From positions 22,127-86,126 of the forward strand of contig CAVXDU010000003.1 in assembly GCA_963760625.1 (NCBI GenBank): a stretch of 64,000 nucleotides of DNA, written 5' to 3'. The notes beneath the pieces were generated by a model that saw nothing but the letters and a program-made list of their open reading frames with translations, had not been told where the DNA came from and did not search any database. The position numbers were made by a program, and so were the translations under genes. Shown here one piece after another: positions 42,765 to 53,397 of the stretch. Position 1 is the stretch's first letter, and every line of letters begins with the position of its first letter. The stretch is from an uncultured Chloroflexia bacterium (GTDB lineage Bacteria > Chloroflexota > Limnocylindria > Limnocylindrales > CSP1-4).

Positions 42765-43028
42765 CGCCGCCGCCGCTCCGACGCGGCTCCCTCGGCCGCG
42801 TTCATACCACTATGCGTCGTCTCGCTGCCACATCTGTTCCCTGGAAACGAACATTCACGTGGATCCTCGACTCTGACATGTTGTTTGTGTCCTGACGCGA
42901 CGGCCACAGCCCAGGTCGCTGTTGGCCCCAGGATGTTGAACTCCGAGAACCCTGGCCGCGGCGAGGTGGGCGCTTGACCCTCCATGGAATGATGACCGCC
43001 AACCCGAACATGCTGAGCGGAGGCACAG

Positions 43029-44249
43029 GTGGGCAGGAGCAGGCGGACACTGGTGCTGGCTGGCTCGCTCGTGGCGGCATGCTCGATCTGGATCGTCGCT
43101 CCCGGTCCGGTGATGGCCCAATCACCGGCGCAGGCCTCTCTGGTAGCTGGGTCCGGATGCGACGCGACATCGATGGCTGCGGTGTCCCCCGCCTCGGGGT
43201 CGGGGGTGGCGCGTGAGACGCTCTCATGGAGCTTGGTCGCTGGCGGCCCGATGCTGGCCGACTCTACGTTGCATGACATCGCCGCCGGCCCGTCTGGGAA
43301 CTCGGCGATCGTCGGCTATGCCGGTGCCTTCGACATGGACCTCGGTCGTCCCATCAACGCTTTTGCTGGTTGCTCGGGAGATGGCGCGAGCTGGGTCGCG
43401 GGCACTGTCGAGGACGGTCGCAATGCGGACATGAATGCCGTGGCCGCGTCTGCCGATGGCTTCGTCGCCGTCGGTGGTGCCAGCAAGGGCCTTGTCTGGA
43501 CCTCGTCCGCGGGGGACAGGTGGTCCCCGGTCGAGACGCCGTTGCTGGACGCCGCGTACCCCCAGGACGTGTCCTGGTCGCCGGCGGTCGGATTCGTCGC
43601 GACCGGGGTCCGGGAGACCATCGACGCTGCCGGGGAGCTGACCGCCCAGACCGCCAGCTACTGGCTGTCGGCTGATGGGCAGACCTGGACCAGCGGTGCC
43701 ATCTCGGACGCGGCGCCGATCGCGGACCTGGTCGCGGTCGGGGACGATGGGCTGCTGCTCGCGGCGGGCCGGCTGTACGCCGATGACGGTCCCAGTAGCC
43801 CGGTCGTCTGGCGCTCGTCCGACGGTGCATCCTGGGAAGCCATCGGGGGGCCCGCCACGACCGGCGCCTGGTACCCGAGTGAGCTCGCGTTCGCCGCCGG
43901 ACGCTTCTTCCTCCTGGTCGCGCACGACAGCGATGGCACGATCCCCCTCGTGACCGCGCTGTGGTCCTCTACCGATGGGACGACCTGGGACGAAGTGCCG
44001 GGTTTCGAGTCGTTCCAAGGGGCGATCGGCGCGGGAGGGCCGGGTGTTGTGGCCGTCGACGCGGCCACGGTCCGCACGTCGGCCGATGGCACGACCTGGA
44101 CCAGCACGCCCGAGACGCTCTTCGACGGACATGACATCGCGAGCCTCGCCGGCGTTTCCGACGGCCGCGTGCTCGTGGTCGGCAAGGGAACGGTCCCCTC
44201 CGAGGCAGAGGTGAGCGACGGGGCCGTGTGGGTCGGGACACCCGAGTAG
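43029..44249 (+). CDS. Secreted protein with Asp-box/BNR-like repeats
   Basis: Signal peptide; repeated W.S.DG.TW. Confidence 0.78.
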   Translation: MGRSRRTLVLAGSLVAACSIWIVAPGPVMAQSPAQASLVAGSGCDATSMAAVSPASGSGVARETLSWSLVAGGPMLADSTLHDIAAGPSGNSAIVGYAGAFDMDLGRPINAFAGCSGDGASWVAGTVEDGRNADMNAVAASADGFVAVGGASKGLVWTSSAGDRWSPVETPLLDAAYPQDVSWSPAVGFVATGVRETIDAAGELTAQTASYWLSADGQTWTSGAISDAAPIADLVAVGDDGLLLAAGRLYADDGPSSPVVWRSSDGASWEAIGGPATTGAWYPSELAFAAGRFFLLVAHDSDGTIPLVTALWSSTDGTTWDEVPGFESFQGAIGAGGPGVVAVDAATVRTSADGTTWTSTPETLFDGHDIASLAGVSDGRVLVVGKGTVPSEAEVSDGAVWVGTPE

Positions 44250-44643
44250 TCCGGCCTGAGGCCCGGCACCGCCGAGGACCGGGCCTCTCACGATCCGGTG
44301 CCCTCCAGCAGCTCACTGCCTGTCTGATCAGGCGCCCATCGCGCAGTGCCGCCAGTGACTCGGCCATCGGAGGTGCGATCAAGGGCGACGGTCCCAGCAG
44401 TACCTTTTCACAGGGGACAGGGGCCCGACATCCGGGCACCATGCGTTCACGGGTCGACGATGTCTCCTCCACTACGGCCCTTTCCCTTAGCGACCGGAGA
44501 GCTAACTGACCCGGGCTCCTGGTCGCGGCCGTTCACCGGGCCGCGCATCCTCGCCCGCCCCCGAGCAGTCGGGTCTACGCACCAGTCACAGGGAGAGGTG
44601 ATCGATCACGAGGACTAGCGTCCTGGCGCCACTCACCACATTC

Positions 44644-45276
44644 GTGCTCGTCGCGGCCTTTGCCTCAGGCAGTGCCGCTGTCGCGGCGGCCGACCCGGAG
44701 CGGCTGGACCTGTGTGTCACGTTCACGGCAGAGGAGAGCGACCTGCGTCCGGAGCAGCTCATGGCCGGCGTCAAGGACGCATCGGTGGTCATCGTCGATG
44801 CGCCTGAGCCGGGAGCGTGCGCGTCTTCGCTGCATTCACCCAGTCCGACCCTTACCCAGGGACCTGACGGCCAAGCCGAGCCGTCGACCATCCCCGAGGT
44901 CATCCAAGCCGGCGAGTACGACGCTTGCTTCCTCGTGACCGACGCGGAGATGGAAGGGCTGTTCCGTCGGCATCTCCCGGAGCCGTCCTCTGGGACGCGG
45001 GCCGGCGGTGCGCACGATTGCATGTGGAGCTTCGATGTGGACCCCATGGAGATGGCAGTGATCTGGCTCGGCGACTACGACGGCTGGGCATCCCTGGCGG
45101 GCCTCAGCGCCGATGCGATCGAGGGCGTTGGCGACGAGGCGCTGTGGGTCCTCGACGGCCAGCTCTGGGTACGGTCAGGCAATAGGGCGTTCACCGTGAT
45201 GGTCCTTTCCGACACGCTCAAGGCGAAGGACACCGCCATCGCTATCGCCCGCCTCGCGGTACCGCGCATCCTCTGA
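44644..45276 (+). CDS. Secreted hypothetical protein (DUF3558-like C-terminus); true start possibly 44598 via frameshift
   Basis: DAC.L.T..E, C.W, IEGVGDEA, ARLAVPRI. Confidence 0.6.
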   Translation: MLVAAFASGSAAVAAADPERLDLCVTFTAEESDLRPEQLMAGVKDASVVIVDAPEPGACASSLHSPSPTLTQGPDGQAEPSTIPEVIQAGEYDACFLVTDAEMEGLFRRHLPEPSSGTRAGGAHDCMWSFDVDPMEMAVIWLGDYDGWASLAGLSADAIEGVGDEALWVLDGQLWVRSGNRAFTVMVLSDTLKAKDTAIAIARLAVPRIL

Positions 45277-45312
45277 CGGTTCGAGTGGGGCTCTCGCGGA
45301 CAGCAGCTGTTG

Positions 45313-47506
45313 TCAGAGTGCCAGGCAGGTCGCCGCCGCCCCCGCCCCGGGTGCAAAGGTCGACATGATGTTCATGACGGTGAGGGCGCTGGTCGCCGCC
45401 GCGAGGTATCCCACGACCGTCGCGGCCATCGCTCCGTAACAACGGACCAGCCCGAGCCTGGTCCGGATGATGAGGCCGGTTTCGGCGAACTCCGAAGCGG
45501 ACCCATCGTCCATGGTGTCGGTGGTCTCGCCCGTCTCCGGGTCGATCGCCCACCATCCGACGCGCGCCGTGTCCCCCATGGCGACCGGCTTGGCGGGGAC
45601 GACCACGACGTCGCCGGCGGCGACCAGCTGGCGGATCGCCGCCGTCGCTTGCGGCCCGTAGGGGAGTCCACTCGGTACGTCCCCGTGGACGACGAGGTTC
45701 GGGATCCCCTGGGCTGCGGCGGCCTCGAAGATCTCGCCGACGCCGATCGTGCCGTGCGTGACAAGCGGCGTGTCGCTGGCGAACTCCATGGCGAAGCGCT
45801 CCGCGAGTTGGTCCGTGACCCCGGCGATGACCTCCGCGCTCCCGGTCGTGATGGAACCCTCGGTCAGGGGCAGGATCCCGTGGCTCCGATGCCAGATGTC
45901 GAGGCCGAACCGCACAGCGCCGCGGAGGTCATCCGCGGTCGCGTCCGGGTCGACCCGCAGTGAGACCGACACGACGTTCGGACCGTCGATGAACGTGCGA
46001 GCTCCCTCGTCGAGGACCATCGACGTGTTCATGACATCCCGCAGGTTGTGGTAGGCGAGCGCCAACATGCCCAGCCCGTCGTCGGACGCCGCGACGATGG
46101 GCGCCACGCTGGTCGGCCCGGTGGCGATGGCGAAGGCTTCGACGCCCTGCATGGGCGGGAATCCGGCCGATCCGGTCCCCTCGAGATCGACGAGCGTGAT
46201 GGGTGCGACGGCATCGATGGTGGGCGTCCCGTCGTGACGCACCGACGGAGGGACGCGATCGAACACGGTCCTGCGAGCGACGGACGGCTCCTCGCCGGGC
46301 GGCGTCACGGAGACCTCGAGCCACTCCGCCGTCGCTTCGCCCTCGATCGGGCCTCCTCCCTCGGAGGTCGGCGATGGCTCTGCCGAGAGGATGTCGGAGT
46401 CGCCGCCGGCGAGCGGGAAGGCGACGGCCTCGTCGGCCACGAACGCTTGCCCCCCGAAGTCCAGGGTCGGTCGATAGTCGATCCAGCCGCCCCCGAACAG
46501 GCTGCCCAGGGTGATGCCGAGGGTCTGGAGCCCGGACGGCGTGACGTGGCCGAACGACACCGGCACGCCGGCAAGCTGCGTCGGCGAAGTCCTCATGCTC
46601 GAGGATGCTGTCGGTGACCAGCTGTCCTCCCTGCGCACGCTCGACGAGGACGTCGAACCGGACCCGGTAGCGGAGGTCATCGGGCAGTCGATCGAGCGTC
46701 TCCGATGCGGCCGTCAGCACGCTGCCCGGCTCCGCCCCCGGCAGGGTGGGATCCAGATCCCGCCACTCGGGCCCGAACGCGGCCTGCACCCAGGTGTGCC
46801 CGGTCACCTCGGCGGGAGGCAGCGATGCTTCCTGGGCGGGCAGTCGGACGCCTGCGTCCTCGAGCGCGGCCTGGAGCATCGTGACCGTGTCGCCCAGCCG
46901 GGCAGCGGCGAGCTCGAGGCGCTCCTGACCCTCAGCCTTCAGCTCAGCGTCCGGCTTCTGGTACAGGGCACCGAGCGGACCGCTCGGGAGTGGCTCACCC
47001 ACAGCATCATTGCCCGCGACCTGCTCCACACCCGCGTCCAGCGGACGCGTCGCGAGGCGCCGAGCAGCCTCCACATCGACCGGCAACGTGTCGAGCAGCT
47101 GGGCAGACGCGGCCTCGTCCAGGCTCCCCTGCGCGAACCGATAGCGGATCAGGCTCGCATCCAGCAGGGCCGCAAGGAGCAACGCCTTGTCCGCCGAGTT
47201 GCCGGCGCGCGCCTGGAGCGTGCCCAACGCGCCCCGGAGGATGCCCGGGTACGGCTCGTACGCGATCTCGTCCGCCACGAACCGGAAGATGGAGTCAAGG
47301 TCGTAGCCGAGCTCGAGCGCCAGGTCCGCGATCGGATCGGCCTGGACCTGGTCCGCGATCCCGCCCGCAGGCCCCTGGGCCAGCGGCCGCCCGGCTGTCG
47401 CCGCGAGACCCGGCCCACTGCTGCTCAGCAGGATCGCGGCGAGCAGCAGCGCGGTGAGGCCCAAGAGGGAGCGTGATCGGGCCCGCCCCGTGCGTCGATG
47501 TCCCAT
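45313..47506 (-). CDS. Secreted transglutaminase-like protein (frameshift ~46580)
   Basis: YEPYPGILRGALGTL..RAGNSADKALLLAALL, HTWVQ, DLDP. Confidence 0.75.
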
Positions 47507-47710
47507 CGTCCTCGGCTCCGTGGGTGCTCCGGGGCGCCAAGGGTAGCACCCCGAGTGGGGACCTCAAGGCGACGCCGAGCCACCCAATTGCTCGATGCGC
47601 AAGTGGACCCCGTGCTCCGGGAGCGGCCCGGACGTCCTCGAGCGTCCACTCCATCTTCTGGTTCGGCATCGGCGGACACCGTCAGCGCGGAGGCCGCCTG
47701 AGCCTACTTG

Positions 47711-50700
47711 TCACGCATCGGCGAGAAGCAGGTCGCGAGCTTCGAGGATGTCGGGTGTGCCCTGGTCCTCGGTCAGCGTCTCGAGGATGTCGCGGAGCCG
47801 GCGCGACCTGTCAACGCGTACGGCTGGGTCCGTATCTCGGGCGCTGCGATAGAGCCGGATAGCGGCACGCAGCTCGGACGTCCGCGCACCCCAGGCGTGG
47901 GCGACCTCCAGGGCACGCTCGTACGCGGCTTCCGCGGCCGCGGCCCCGGTAGCGAGCAGGAGGTCACCCCGGACGATGTACAAGTCTGGCATCACGGGTG
48001 CCAAGGCAAGTGCCTCGTCGACGGCACCGAGACCTTCGGCGATCCGATCGCCCTGTACACATGCCTGGGCCTTGAGTTGCAGCAGGAACGGCCAGAAGAC
48101 CGGCGGCGTCCGCAGGTCTCGGTACTGCGCGAGACCCTCGGAGATCCACCGGAACCCCTCGTCCCCCACGTTCAGAGCTACCGCCGACGCGCCGAGGAGC
48201 GCTGTGCCGACGGCCTTCCAGACGTGGAGCTCATGCTCCTCGGCGACCTCGATGACCTGGACCGATAACGCCCGAGCCTCTGCGGGTTCCCCCCGCCACA
48301 GTCGCAGTAGGCCAGCATGGAACAGCGCATAGCCGGACGTAGACGGATGGGCCAGCGCGCGCGCCGCTGCCGCCGCCTGCTGGGAACGTTCCAGGGACCG
48401 GTCGGTCCGTCCCAGCCACCAGAGGAGGAGCGACAAAGCGGTCAGGCTCACGACCCATGGGTTGGGCCCCAGACGGAACGGCACCTCGCGACCGGCATTC
48501 GCCTCGAACATCCGGACGCTGGTCTCCACGTCGGGGATGCTGTCCTCGAGCCTGCCTCCGAAGCCGCGGCTGGTGCCCAGCACAAGATGGCCGTCGGCGC
48601 TCATCAGCGGATCGTCCTGGAGTTCCCCCAGCCGAACGATCCGTCGTCCGAGGTCCGCGGCCTTGGCATGTTCATTCCGGAGCATGTAGAAGCTGGCCAG
48701 ACCGCGCAGCACCGGGTAGGCCTGGGGCACCTCGGCCCCCTTGAGCGAGCCCAGCAGCCCCTCGTACGCCGTCTGCACCTCGGTGGTGTACCCCTGCATG
48801 GCGGTGAGTGCGCGTGCCTGATTGCTGCGAAGGGTGATCGCGAGGAGGGTGCGCTCGGGAGTCGTCGGCAGGACCTCCAGCAGGGCCAGGACGTCGCTGG
48901 CGAGGTCCGTCAACCCCCGGTACCAGCCATTGGCGTCATGGAGTGGCCACAGGCCCCGCATGAACACCTCGAGTCGCTCCAGGTCGTGTCCCTCGGTGCT
49001 GAGCCGCCAGGCTGCCCGCAGGTTCTCCAACTCACGGGCCAGTTCCCGCAACGCTGTCGAACGCTCGGGTCCTGCCGTCTTCAACCCGCGCTGCGAGGCC
49101 CACTGTGCGTAGTAGGCGGCATGGGCCGAACGTGCTCGCGACGCTAGCTCGGCATCGGTATCCAGTCGCTCGGTCGCATATTCCTGCACGGACTCGAGCA
49201 TCTCGAACCGCGGCTCCTCTCCTTCCCGATCGCTTTGCCGCAGGAGGCTCTTGTCGACGAGTGAGATCAGGCCATCGATGGGGTCGATGCCGGGAACACG
49301 ATCGGCAATGCTGCGTGCCACGCTCTCGACGGCTTCCACGTCGGCGCCGTGGAAGCAGGCCAGCACCTCGAACAGTCGCTGCTCCTGGGGTGTCAGCAGC
49401 TGGTAGCTCCACTCGATCGTGGCGCGAAGGGTCTGCTGGCGTTCCGGGAGCTCGCGGGTCCCGCTGCCCAGGATGCTCAGTCGGCTGCCGAGTCGGTCGA
49501 GCAGGGCCTCGAGCGAGAAGACCCGCAGCCGTGCCGTCGCGAGCTCGATCGCCAGCGGCAGCCCCTCCAGTCGGCGGCAGATCTCTGCGACGGTGGCGGC
49601 GTTGTCATCGGTGACCCGGAAGTCCGGCCTGACAGCCCGCGCGCGTTCGACGAACAGTCGCACCGCCTCGAAGCCCTCGACCCGCTCAGCGGTGGCGACC
49701 TTCAGCGTCGCCTCCGGCAGGCCCATCGGCGGCACGGCAAAGAGGCGCTCGCCACTGACGTGCAGAGCCTCCCGGCTCGTCACCAGCAGCTTCAGCTCGG
49801 GGCAGTCCTTAAGGAGTCGGGCGAGGATGGGGGACGCACTCGTGACCTGCTCGAAGTTGTCCATCACGGTGAGCAGCTGCTGATGTCCGATCTGTTCGGT
49901 CAGCTCGGCGAGCTGCGCATCCTCGCTGGCATCCGGGAACCCCAGCTCGCGGTTGATCGTCGTGAGCAACGTGGTCGAGTCGCGCGCCGCGGACAGATCG
50001 ATGAACACCGCGCCTGCTGAGAAGTGGTCCTGCGCATCCCTGGCCGCGTGCAGCGCCAGTCTCGTCTTGCCGATCCCCCCAGGTCCCGTGAGCGTCAGCA
50101 GCCGGACCGCCTTGTCCTCGAGGTACCTTCCGATGCGCAGCTGCTCCGCGGTGCGGCCGACGAAGACCGATGGCTCCTCAGGAAGGGTCCGGACACGCTC
50201 GCCCATCGTGGTGAGCGGCGGAAACCTCACCGGCAACTCCGGATGCAGGAGCTGGAAGACGCGCTCCGGTCGCGACAAGTCCCTCAGGCGGTGCTCCCCC
50301 AGGTCGCGCAGGGACGCGCCCTCGGGAAGCCGATCCATGACCAGGGCCGCCGTGGGGTTGGAGAGCAGCGCCTGGCCACCGTGGCCCGCCGCCATGATGC
50401 GAGCGGCGCGGTTCACGGCCTGCCCGTGGTAATCGCTCCCGTCACCGGATGCCTCGCCGACGTGGAGGCCCATGCGGACCCGGAGCGGCCCGGTCTCGCC
50501 CCATGACTCGCCTTGGAGCGCGATCTGGGCGGTGAGACACGCGGTCACTGCATTGCGCGCGGTATCGAACACCGCCATGACGCCGTCACCGGTCATCTTG
50601 ACGACCGCCCCATCTGCGCCCTGCACCGCGTGGCGAAGGATCGCGTCATGTCGAGCGAGGGACGCCCGCATCCCATCCGGGTATCGCTCCCACAGCCGCG

Positions 50701-50839
50701 TGCTGCCCTCCACATCGGTGAACAGGAACGCGAGCATCCTGGAGTTGGTAGGTTCGTCCTGGTCGACGGTCACGATTCCGATCGGGCTGGGGTCATGGCC
50801 GAGGGACTCGGCGACGGGTCGTCCGACCGTCCCCGCCAT
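47711..50839 (-). CDS. Class III adenylate/guanylate cyclase - STAND NTPase - TPR protein
   Basis: FTDVEGST, GDG, NRAAR; GPGGIGKT; DNFE; GLPLAIELA. Confidence 0.93.
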   Translation of the reverse strand: MAGTVGRPVAESLGHDPSPIGIVTVDQDEPTNSRMLAFLFTDVEGSTRLWERYPDGMRASLARHDAILRHAVQGADGAVVKMTGDGVMAVFDTARNAVTACLTAQIALQGESWGETGPLRVRMGLHVGEASGDGSDYHGQAVNRAARIMAAGHGGQALLSNPTAALVMDRLPEGASLRDLGEHRLRDLSRPERVFQLLHPELPVRFPPLTTMGERVRTLPEEPSVFVGRTAEQLRIGRYLEDKAVRLLTLTGPGGIGKTRLALHAARDAQDHFSAGAVFIDLSAARDSTTLLTTINRELGFPDASEDAQLAELTEQIGHQQLLTVMDNFEQVTSASPILARLLKDCPELKLLVTSREALHVSGERLFAVPPMGLPEATLKVATAERVEGFEAVRLFVERARAVRPDFRVTDDNAATVAEICRRLEGLPLAIELATARLRVFSLEALLDRLGSRLSILGSGTRELPERQQTLRATIEWSYQLLTPQEQRLFEVLACFHGADVEAVESVARSIADRVPGIDPIDGLISLVDKSLLRQSDREGEEPRFEMLESVQEYATERLDTDAELASRARSAHAAYYAQWASQRGLKTAGPERSTALRELARELENLRAAWRLSTEGHDLERLEVFMRGLWPLHDANGWYRGLTDLASDVLALLEVLPTTPERTLLAITLRSNQARALTAMQGYTTEVQTAYEGLLGSLKGAEVPQAYPVLRGLASFYMLRNEHAKAADLGRRIVRLGELQDDPLMSADGHLVLGTSRGFGGRLEDSIPDVETSVRMFEANAGREVPFRLGPNPWVVSLTALSLLLWWLGRTDRSLERSQQAAAAARALAHPSTSGYALFHAGLLRLWRGEPAEARALSVQVIEVAEEHELHVWKAVGTALLGASAVALNVGDEGFRWISEGLAQYRDLRTPPVFWPFLLQLKAQACVQGDRIAEGLGAVDEALALAPVMPDLYIVRGDLLLATGAAAAEAAYERALEVAHAWGARTSELRAAIRLYRSARDTDPAVRVDRSRRLRDILETLTEDQGTPDILEARDLLLADA

Positions 50840-50995
50840 CGTAGCGGCGTTGGAGACCCCCCGGTACCGCGCACATATGCGAAGGCGGTCGCCATTGCCT
50901 CGACCGGTTACTCGTCACGGATCCCTTGCTGGCGGACCCGAACGAGTTTCCCTGGAGATGTCACCTTTCGGGCCGAATCGGTCCCTTAGTAGGTG

Positions 50996-51479
50996 ATGGA
51001 CACCACGATGGTCGTGATCGACTGGAACCAGAGCGTCGAGGCCCTGTACCGTCAGGACTCCGATCGTCTGTGGCGGGCGGTGCGTGCCTTCGCGGGCGAC
51101 CCGGACATCGCCAGCGAGGCGGTCGCCGAAGCCTACGCCCAGGCTCTTCGCCGTGGACCGGCGATGCGCGATCCGGCGGCCTGGATCTGGCGTAGCGCGT
51201 TCCACATCGCAGCCGGCGCCCTGAAGTCACGTCGCTCCGGCTGACGAGGCCTCGTCGGGTCCCGGCGAGCACCACGACCGTTACGAGGACCCGGACCTCC
51301 TGGCAGCGCTTCGGCAGCTGCCCGACGCGCAGCGCGCGGCGGTGATCCTCTTCTACTACGCCGACCTTCCGGTCGGTGAGATCGCGGCCCGCCTCGGCTC
51401 GAACGGGCTCGCGGTGCGGGCGAACCTCAGCCGTGGGCGCAGACGACTGCACGACCTCCTGGGTGGTGGACATGACTGA
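50996..51479 (+). CDS. ECF RNA polymerase sigma factor (frameshift ~51245)
   Basis: ASEAVAEAYAQ, DPAAWIW; LPDAQRAAVILFYYADLPVGEIA. Confidence 0.85.
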
Positions 51480-53004
51480 CCTCCACGAGCGCTTCCGTGC
51501 GCTCGACCACGTCCCTGCGCCGTATCTCTGGAACGAGATCGAGCGGCGTGCCGGGCAGCCCGCGACCGCCATGTCCGTCGTGGTGTCGTCGCCCATCCAA
51601 CGGCGGCCGCGGCTCGCTCCCCACTCGAGGTCGCACGCCGTGCAGATGACGCTCAAGGTCGCAACGGTCGCCGTCATCGTGCTTGCCGTCGGCCTCGGGC
51701 TCGGCCGGTTGCTGCCGAGTGCCGTCACTGACGTCGGCGTCGATCCATCCCCAACGTCCAGCCCGGTGGCGCCGGCGATCCCCCTCCGGGAGGGATGGCT
51801 GCCTGCAGGCACCTATGTCTCGACACCCTTCGCGCAGCCCGGCGGGCTGGGGCTGTGCCTCACGCCGCCCCAGCCCGGGTGCGTCGAGTCGACCGAGGAC
51901 GACGGCATCCGGTTCACGCTGACCCTCCCCGACGGCTGGGCAGGCGCTCCCCATGGAGGCGTGGAGGAGCGCGATATCGGGCCGAACATCTCCTTCGAGC
52001 GGGGCGGATGGCTCCATGTCGATCCCTGCGGCGGTTCGGGCTCGCCGCTCGGCGCTCCGGAGATCCCGGTCGGACCGACCGTCGACGACTTCGTTGCGGC
52101 GCTCGTGGACCACCCGCTGCTGGTCGTGTCAACGCCGGTGGACGTCACTTTGGGCGGCTACTCCGGGACCTACGTGGACCTGACAGTCTCCCCGGACGTC
52201 GATCAGCACCGCCCCCTGGACCTCCCGTGCAATGGGTTCAAACCGTGGTCACCGGGCATCTACAAGGAGGCAGGGCTGTGGATCCTGGACGTCGACGGGC
52301 ACCGGGTGATCGTCAGGAGCGAAGAGGACCCGGAGGATTCGCCGGAGGCCCGGGCGCAGCTCCAGGCAGTCATCGATTCGATCACGATCGACGTCCAGCC
52401 GGCGGACCCACTGGCGACACCCGGTGCCCGTCTCCCGTGCCAGGGAGGCGAGACGACGCTGACGGCCGGACGGTACGTCATCCCAGGCCCGGGCACCTTC
52501 TGCTCCAACCAGTCGCGCGGCTGGCCGGACAAGACGGTCACCATCGAGCTTCCCGCTGGCTGGGTGTATCGGGCTCCTGTATACGGCAGTTGGCTCTACC
52601 GCGATTCGGCCAAGCTCCAGATCGGGGTCGTCGACCACGTCTATGCCGATCCATGCCACGCGGGATCGGCCGTGGGACCGACACAGGACGACCTGATCGC
52701 CGCGCTGCGTGGTGTCCAGACCACCACGCCCGACGCGATCACGCTGGATGGGTACTCCGGTGTGCGGATGGACCTCGCGATCCCGACCGATCCCCCCGAC
52801 TGCGAGCCCCAGCGACTGTGGGACGCCGAGACCGACAACGGCAGGTTCGGACCCCGGGCTGAGCCTGGATGGATCCATCGGATGTGGATCCTCGACGTCG
52901 AGGGGGTGCGCTTCGTCCTGGACGCCTCTCGTGCCCCGGACGCCCCGCCCGAGGTGCAGGCGGAGCTGGACGCGATCGTCGAGTCCGTCGACTTCGAGCC
53001 GTAA
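51472..53004 (+). CDS. ECF-coupled membrane protein with two copies of an unassigned extracellular domain
   Basis: MTDLHERF..., TM helix; repeats TL.GYSG..DL, WILDV.G.R, L.A...SI. Confidence 0.82.
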   Translation: MTDLHERFRALDHVPAPYLWNEIERRAGQPATAMSVVVSSPIQRRPRLAPHSRSHAVQMTLKVATVAVIVLAVGLGLGRLLPSAVTDVGVDPSPTSSPVAPAIPLREGWLPAGTYVSTPFAQPGGLGLCLTPPQPGCVESTEDDGIRFTLTLPDGWAGAPHGGVEERDIGPNISFERGGWLHVDPCGGSGSPLGAPEIPVGPTVDDFVAALVDHPLLVVSTPVDVTLGGYSGTYVDLTVSPDVDQHRPLDLPCNGFKPWSPGIYKEAGLWILDVDGHRVIVRSEEDPEDSPEARAQLQAVIDSITIDVQPADPLATPGARLPCQGGETTLTAGRYVIPGPGTFCSNQSRGWPDKTVTIELPAGWVYRAPVYGSWLYRDSAKLQIGVVDHVYADPCHAGSAVGPTQDDLIAALRGVQTTTPDAITLDGYSGVRMDLAIPTDPPDCEPQRLWDAETDNGRFGPRAEPGWIHRMWILDVEGVRFVLDASRAPDAPPEVQAELDAIVESVDFEP

Positions 53005-53130
53005 CGGGTCGCAGATGGCGGCTCGCCGAGCCCGGTGACGCCATGCGGTGGATACGATAGTCCACCAGATGGGCTCGACCCGGGAGATTGGATGGCACGA
53101 CCGGGTCGTCAATCCCGCGAGTCCGCGAGG

Positions 53131-53315
53131 TTCGATTGGACGTGGTGCGAGGCCCGGCGTTCGACGTGATCGTCGTCGGTGCTGGAGCCGCGGGATCTGT
53201 CGTCGCGCGGCAGCTGGTTGAGACGGGCGACCGATCGGTCCTGCTGCTCGAGGCCGGACCCGATCATCGCGCAGCCATCCCTGCCGAATGGCGCGACGGG
53301 TGGCGACTGCCCCAG
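53131..53315 (+). pseudogene. GMC oxidoreductase 5' remnant
   Basis: FDVIVVGAGAAGSVVARQL...VLLLEAGPD, then similarity is lost. Confidence 0.72.
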
Positions 53316-53341
53316 GGCCGTAATCGTCCTCGCGACAGGAA

Positions 53342-53397
53342 ACCCGCCCGGCACGGCCTCCATCACCCGCGCGACTTCGCGCGCGCTACTGTTCGAG
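53342..53397 (-). pseudogene. Integrase C-terminal scar overlapping the stop of the TolB-like gene
   Basis: LEQ*R..REVARVMEAVPGG. Confidence 0.6.

Noticed and set aside
44360-44415. Possible further integrase scar (KVLLGPSP)
   Set aside because: Too degenerate to separate from chance.
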